A stretch of DNA of 64,000 nt, taken from an uncultured Gemmatimonadales bacterium (GTDB lineage: Bacteria > Gemmatimonadota > Gemmatimonadetes > Longimicrobiales > RSA9). Below the pieces are notes generated by a model, which ran no database searches, was not told where the DNA came from, and saw only the letters and a list, made by a program, of their open reading frames with translations. The stretch is taken from NCBI GenBank assembly GCA_963798085.1, contig CAWCRS010000007.1, positions 1,568,001-1,632,000 of the forward strand, written 5' to 3'. The position numbers and the translations under genes were made by a program. Positions 59,531-64,000 of the stretch are shown one piece after another (the first letter of the stretch is position 1; each line of letters begins with the position of its first letter).

Positions 59531-60963
59531 CCCGCACGCGCTTCGCTCCCAGCCCGACGGGGTCCCTGCACATCGGCAATGTGCGCATCGCCGTGCTCAA
59601 CTGGCTGCTGGCCCGCCATGATAACGGCGAGTTTCTGCTGCGCATCGAAGACACCAATGTGGAGCGCAACGTGCCCGGCGCGGAGGCGACGATCTTCCAG
59701 GACCTGCGCTGGCTGGGCCTCGACTGGGATGAGGGTCCGGCGTGGGAAGGACGTCCCGCGGAAAGTCGCTACGGTCCGTTCCGTCAGTCCGAACGCGGCG
59801 CCATCTACCACGATGCCGCGGAGCGGCTGCACGCGGCAGGCCACGCATTCCCCTGCTTCTGCACCGATGCGGAGCTGGAAGCCATGCGCGCTGCCGCGCT
59901 GGCGCGGGTTGAGTCGTTCCGCTACGACGGGCGCTGCGCTCGACTCAGCGCTGCCGAGCGCGCCGCGCGGCAGGCACAGGGACTCAAGCCGGCGCTGCGG
60001 TTCCGCGTGCCCGAGGGCGAGACCGTACTGGTGCGTGACGCCATTCGCGGCGAGATCCGCTTCGCCACGGATGAGGTAAGCGATTTCGTGCTGCTGCGCG
60101 CCGATGGCCGGCCCACCTACAACTTTGCCGTGGTCGTGGACGACATTGCCATGGCGATCACGCACGTGGTGCGGGGATCGGGGCATCTGTCGAATACGCC
60201 GCGGCAGGTGCTGCTGTACCGCGCGTTCGGCGCGCCCGAGCCCGTGTTCGCACACGTGCCCACCGTGCTGGGGCCGGACCGCCAGAAGCTTTCCAAGCGC
60301 CATGGTGCGCAGGCCCTGAGCGATTACCGCGCGCAGGGCTATCATCCGGACGCGCTGGTCAATTACCTGTCGCTGCTGTCGTGGTCGAGCCCGAGTGGCG
60401 ATGAGGTGCTGGAGCGCGACCGGCTGGTGCGCGAGATCTCACTGGAGCGCATGGGCGTCGCCGATGTGGTCTACGACCCGGACAAGCTGCGCTGGCTCTC
60501 GGCCCGCCACATCGAGCGCATGCCGCTGCCGGCGCTGGTGCAGGCGGTGCAGCCCTTCCTGGACGCGCGCAGCCGGCAGATACCCAACGAGCTGTTAGAC
60601 GATGCCGTGGGCGCCGTGCGCAGCCACCTGTCGACGTTCGCCGAGGTCAACGAACACCTGGCGTCCCTCTTCCCGCCGGAAGATGGGGCGCAGGAAATTG
60701 CGCTGGACGACGCCGGGCAGGCCGTGGTGCGGGCGGCGGCCACCGTGCTCGCGGATGTCAGCGCATGGCAGCGGACGCCGCTGGAGGCCGCGCTCAGGAC
60801 GATCGGGGAGCGTGCGGGCGTGCGCGGCCGCGCACTGTACACGCCCCTGCGCCTGGCGCTCACCGGACAGGAACACGGTCCGCCGTTCTGGGCGGTGCTG
60901 GAAGTGCAGGGCAGGGAACCCGTGCTGGAGCGCCTGCGGCAGGCGGCGGCAGGTGGACGATGA
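59527..60963 (+). CDS. gltX: Glutamate--tRNA ligase
   Basis: RFAPSPTG.LHIG, LRIEDT, KLSKRHG and C-terminal anticodon-binding domain. Confidence 0.93.
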   Translation: MTRTRFAPSPTGSLHIGNVRIAVLNWLLARHDNGEFLLRIEDTNVERNVPGAEATIFQDLRWLGLDWDEGPAWEGRPAESRYGPFRQSERGAIYHDAAERLHAAGHAFPCFCTDAELEAMRAAALARVESFRYDGRCARLSAAERAARQAQGLKPALRFRVPEGETVLVRDAIRGEIRFATDEVSDFVLLRADGRPTYNFAVVVDDIAMAITHVVRGSGHLSNTPRQVLLYRAFGAPEPVFAHVPTVLGPDRQKLSKRHGAQALSDYRAQGYHPDALVNYLSLLSWSSPSGDEVLERDRLVREISLERMGVADVVYDPDKLRWLSARHIERMPLPALVQAVQPFLDARSRQIPNELLDDAVGAVRSHLSTFAEVNEHLASLFPPEDGAQEIALDDAGQAVVRAAATVLADVSAWQRTPLEAALRTIGERAGVRGRALYTPLRLALTGQEHGPPFWAVLEVQGREPVLERLRQAAAGGR

Positions 60964-61006
60964 ATCGTCGCCTGCAATCCGTAACCTACAGCACGAACGA
61001 AAACGC

Positions 61007-62167
61007 ATGGGCGCGCTGATCTTCGATCCCTTTGCCGGCATCAGTGGCGACATGATGCTGGGGGCACTCGTGGACCTGGGCCTGCCCGCGGAATGGCTGC
61101 GCGATTTCGTGGCCGCGCTGGGCATCGCTGCGGTGACGGTGGACGTGCAGCGCGTGATGCGCCAGGGCATTGCCTGCACGCAGGTGCGATTCACATTGCC
61201 ACAGGAACACGCGCACCGGCATCTGCGCCACGTACTCGAGATCATTGAGGGCGCACAGGCGGGTCAGGCCGCGAAAGCCAGGGCGGCCGAGGCGTTCCGC
61301 AGACTGGCGGACGCGGAAGCGCGTATTCACGGCACAACACCGGACAAGGTACACTTCCACGAGGTGGGCGCGCTGGATGCGATCCTCGACGTGCTGTGCG
61401 CCATGGCGGGCATCGAGCAGCTCGGTGTAACCGAGTGTTATACGCGGCCGGTGGCGGTGGGAAAGGGCTGGGTCGCGATGGCGCACGGCCGCTTTCCGGT
61501 GCCCGCGCCGGCAACCCTGGAGCTGCTGCGCGGCATGGCGCTGACAGGCCACGAGCTGGAAGGCGAGTGCACCACGCCGACAGGCGCCGCGCTGCTGGCC
61601 GTGCTGAGCGAAGGTCGCACTCCGCCGCCCGGGCTGCGTGTCACGGCGACGGGCTTCGGCGCGGGCAGCCGCGACCCGCAGGACCGGCCCAACTGTCTGC
61701 GGCTCATCGCCTGCGAGTCCTCCTCCGCGAGCGATGCGCTGTACCTGCTGCAGACCGACATTGATGACCTGGCGCCGGAATACGTGCCGCCGGCGCAGGA
61801 AGCGCTGTTCCAGGCGGGCGCGCTGGACGTAACCGTGACGGCGGTTTCCATGAAGAAGGGGCGGCCCGGTGTGCGACTGGAGGCACTGGTGCCGCCGGAT
61901 GCACTGGAACGGGTGCTGACATCGCTGTTCCGCAACACGCCGACACTGGGTGCGCGCTACTGGCCGGTGGTGCGGCCGGCCCTGGCGAGGAGCGAAGACA
62001 GCGTCGAATGGCGGGGCCAGCACATCCGCCGCAAGCGCGTGGAACTGCCAGGCGGCGGCCAGCGTGCCAAGCCGGAATACGAGGACGTGGTGCGTGCCGC
62101 GCAGGCGCTGGGACTCACGCCGCTGGAAGTGCGGATCGCGCTCGAGGCCGAGGGCGCCACGTCCTGA
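61007..62167 (+). CDS. larC: Nickel pincer cofactor biosynthesis protein LarC family
   Basis: GISGDM.LGAL, HFHEVGALD, PVPAPAT, TPTGAA, MKKGRPG and KPEYED. Confidence 0.9.
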   Translation: MGALIFDPFAGISGDMMLGALVDLGLPAEWLRDFVAALGIAAVTVDVQRVMRQGIACTQVRFTLPQEHAHRHLRHVLEIIEGAQAGQAAKARAAEAFRRLADAEARIHGTTPDKVHFHEVGALDAILDVLCAMAGIEQLGVTECYTRPVAVGKGWVAMAHGRFPVPAPATLELLRGMALTGHELEGECTTPTGAALLAVLSEGRTPPPGLRVTATGFGAGSRDPQDRPNCLRLIACESSSASDALYLLQTDIDDLAPEYVPPAQEALFQAGALDVTVTAVSMKKGRPGVRLEALVPPDALERVLTSLFRNTPTLGARYWPVVRPALARSEDSVEWRGQHIRRKRVELPGGGQRAKPEYEDVVRAAQALGLTPLEVRIALEAEGATS

Positions 62168-62283
62168 GCGGCGGACAACGGGCGTCCTCCGCCGGGCACG
62201 TCCGCGTCCCGACCCGCGCCTCGGCAATGGCTGCGCGTCCAGCCTTTCCCGCGTCAATGCACGGCGGGCGTGTCGCCTGCGAC

Positions 62284-62298
62284 TGGCACTGTGCTTGC
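62284..62298 (+). promoter_or_regulatory. Sigma54 (-24/-12) promoter
   Basis: TGGCAC-TGTGC-TTGC, an exact consensus in the intergenic region upstream of the TPR gene. Confidence 0.6.
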
Positions 62299-62421
62299 CA
62301 CCCGGAAGCCGGGGAGCAAGACTCCCGAGGGGCGAGTTTGGGGCCAACCTTCGCCGGGGGTGCGGGGTATACCGGGCCACTCGCCGAGACAACGTGCGCA
62401 AGTCGAATGAGGGGGTCCTTG

Positions 62422-63882
62422 ATGAGACGTGCCTGGGGCATCGTCGCGCTCGCGACGCTCGTGGTTCCGGCCGCGGCACACGCCCAGAAGAAACCGTCGA
62501 ACTCGATGCAGACGCGCAGCGCCGAGATCTACATCGGCCGCCTGAAGGGCGCCGGCACGGACAAGGAGCGCAATGACCTGCTGGACAAGGCGCTCGAAGT
62601 ACTGACGGAGGGAATGACGAAAGACCCTGACAATCCCAAGGTCTGGTTTCTGGCAGGGCAGGTCTATGCACGCAAAGGCGATGCGGCGGGCGCGGATTCG
62701 ACGTTCGACAAGGCGGAGGCGCTGTATCCTGACTACAGGAAGGAAACCCAGCAGGAGCGTCTCGCGCTCTGGGTCCAGAAATACAATCAGGGTGTCAGCG
62801 CGGCGCAGCAGCAGAAGAACAATGAGGCCATCGCGGATTTCGAGGCCGCGGATCAGATCTACGACGGTCGCGCGGAATCGGCGCTGATCATGGGATCGCT
62901 GCTGGCGCAGAAGGGCGATCTCAAGGGTGCCGAGGCGGCGTATCGCAAGGCACTCGCCATCACGGAAGGCCCGGCTGCGCAGAGCGTCGCGCCCAAGGAC
63001 AAGCCGGTCTGGCTGGAGCAGGAGGCATCTTCGGCGCATCGCCTCGCCTCTCTGCTGGAGCAGACCGGCCGCAAGGACGAAGCCCTCGAGATCTACCGCA
63101 GCCTGGTGCAGCACCAGCCGGCCAACGCCAGCGCGAAGGCCGACCTGGCCACTGCTCTGAGCAATGCGGGGAACAAGGATGAGGCGGCAAAGACGTACGA
63201 GCAGCTGTTCGCCAGCGGCGATCTGAGCGACACGCAATGGTTCAATGCGGGCGTGCAGATGTACGGCAGCAGCAACTACGAGATGGCCGCGCGCGCATTC
63301 CGCAAATCGATCGAGAAGAATCCGTATGCGCGTGACGCGCTGTACAACCTGGGCCAGGCGCTCTATGCGCAGGCAGCGGCGCTGGAAGACCAGCGCAAGG
63401 CTGCGCCCGACGCACAGAAGGCCGCGCTGAACGCGAAGATCGAGCCCATCTACAAGGAACTGCTCGACGTAGCCGGCAAGATGCGCGAGCTGGATCCGAA
63501 CTATCGCCCGGCCATCATGATGATGGCACAGTCGCAGCGCAGCCTGAGCGAAACGGCGACGGATGCGGCGGCAGCGAAAGTATGGAGAGACAAGGTCGTC
63601 GCCACGCTGCAGTCGGCTGAGAATGTGCCGTTCGAAATCAGCGCTGTGGAGCTGCAGCCTTCGCAGGGCGGCGCCGTCGTGAACGGCAAGCTCACGAATC
63701 TCAAGGGCACGCCCGGGCAGAATGTGACGCTCGAGTTCACGGTGCTGGGCGAAGGCGGCGCGGCCGTTGCCACTCAGACGGTAACCGTCGCGCTCAAGGA
63801 GGCGGAGACGGCGGTGCCGTTCACGTTCGAGGTGCAAACGGACAAGGCGATTCTGGGCTGGAAATACCGCGTGACGTCTTGA
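62422..63882 (+). CDS. Secreted tetratricopeptide-repeat protein with C-terminal Ig-like (FxLYD-like) domain
   Basis: Signal peptide ending AHA; multiple TPRs (DPDN...W, NPY.RDALYNL); beta-rich C-terminus. Confidence 0.8.
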   Translation: MRRAWGIVALATLVVPAAAHAQKKPSNSMQTRSAEIYIGRLKGAGTDKERNDLLDKALEVLTEGMTKDPDNPKVWFLAGQVYARKGDAAGADSTFDKAEALYPDYRKETQQERLALWVQKYNQGVSAAQQQKNNEAIADFEAADQIYDGRAESALIMGSLLAQKGDLKGAEAAYRKALAITEGPAAQSVAPKDKPVWLEQEASSAHRLASLLEQTGRKDEALEIYRSLVQHQPANASAKADLATALSNAGNKDEAAKTYEQLFASGDLSDTQWFNAGVQMYGSSNYEMAARAFRKSIEKNPYARDALYNLGQALYAQAAALEDQRKAAPDAQKAALNAKIEPIYKELLDVAGKMRELDPNYRPAIMMMAQSQRSLSETATDAAAAKVWRDKVVATLQSAENVPFEISAVELQPSQGGAVVNGKLTNLKGTPGQNVTLEFTVLGEGGAAVATQTVTVALKEAETAVPFTFEVQTDKAILGWKYRVTS

Positions 63883-63930
63883 ACCGGGACGCACGGACGG
63901 GTAGCTTCCGACACACATTGTGGAACGAGA

Positions 63931-63957
63931 TCGGGGCGGCCGCACAGGCTGCCCCGA
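63931..63957 (+). terminator. GC hairpin after the TPR gene (no clear U-tail)
   Basis: TCGGGGCGGCC-GCACA-GGCTGCCCCGA. Confidence 0.35.
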
Positions 63958-64000
63958 GCGTTAGGTGGGTATGGTACGCGTCGCACAGGTAGTGCCCGGC

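Noticed and set aside
27255..59656. Genetic-code reassignment of AAT to Asp, or A-to-I recoding
   Set aside because: The same change occurs in rRNA and on the template strand of a minus-strand gene, and AAT encodes conserved Asn elsewhere (FTNG, PTNAG, LANAV).

Overview
This is a high-GC core-genome window from a diderm bacterium. Gene content (lpxC-fabZ fusion, mcsA-mcsB-clpC, bshC, PorV-like barrel) suggests Gemmatimonadota or a relative, which is inference. It contains lpxH, deoC plus a double-domain aldehyde dehydrogenase, an envelope cluster (HEAT-cyclophilin, peptidase/PD40/Omp85, LptE), rfaE2-rph-rdgB, four tRNAs and a complete 16S-23S-5S operon. It continues with era, rnr, a REC-GGDEF gene, prfB with its programmed +1 frameshift, lysS, lolCDE, mcsAB-clpC, bamA-skp-lpx genes, nadB, gdh, rlmH, bshC, murJ, uvrC, gltX, larC and a TPR protein. 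No transposase, phage, cas or defence genes were recognised. The most striking signal is not a gene: lesions recur at one motif, GATG/CATC. These are CGATG>CAATG changes at conserved rRNA and protein positions, one in-frame stop, and GATG>GAATG single-base insertions at four of five unprogrammed frame anomalies. The pattern most plausibly reflects a host DNA modification confusing long-read basecalling. Two long intergenic palindromic elements and a tRNA-spacer repeat are also unexplained.
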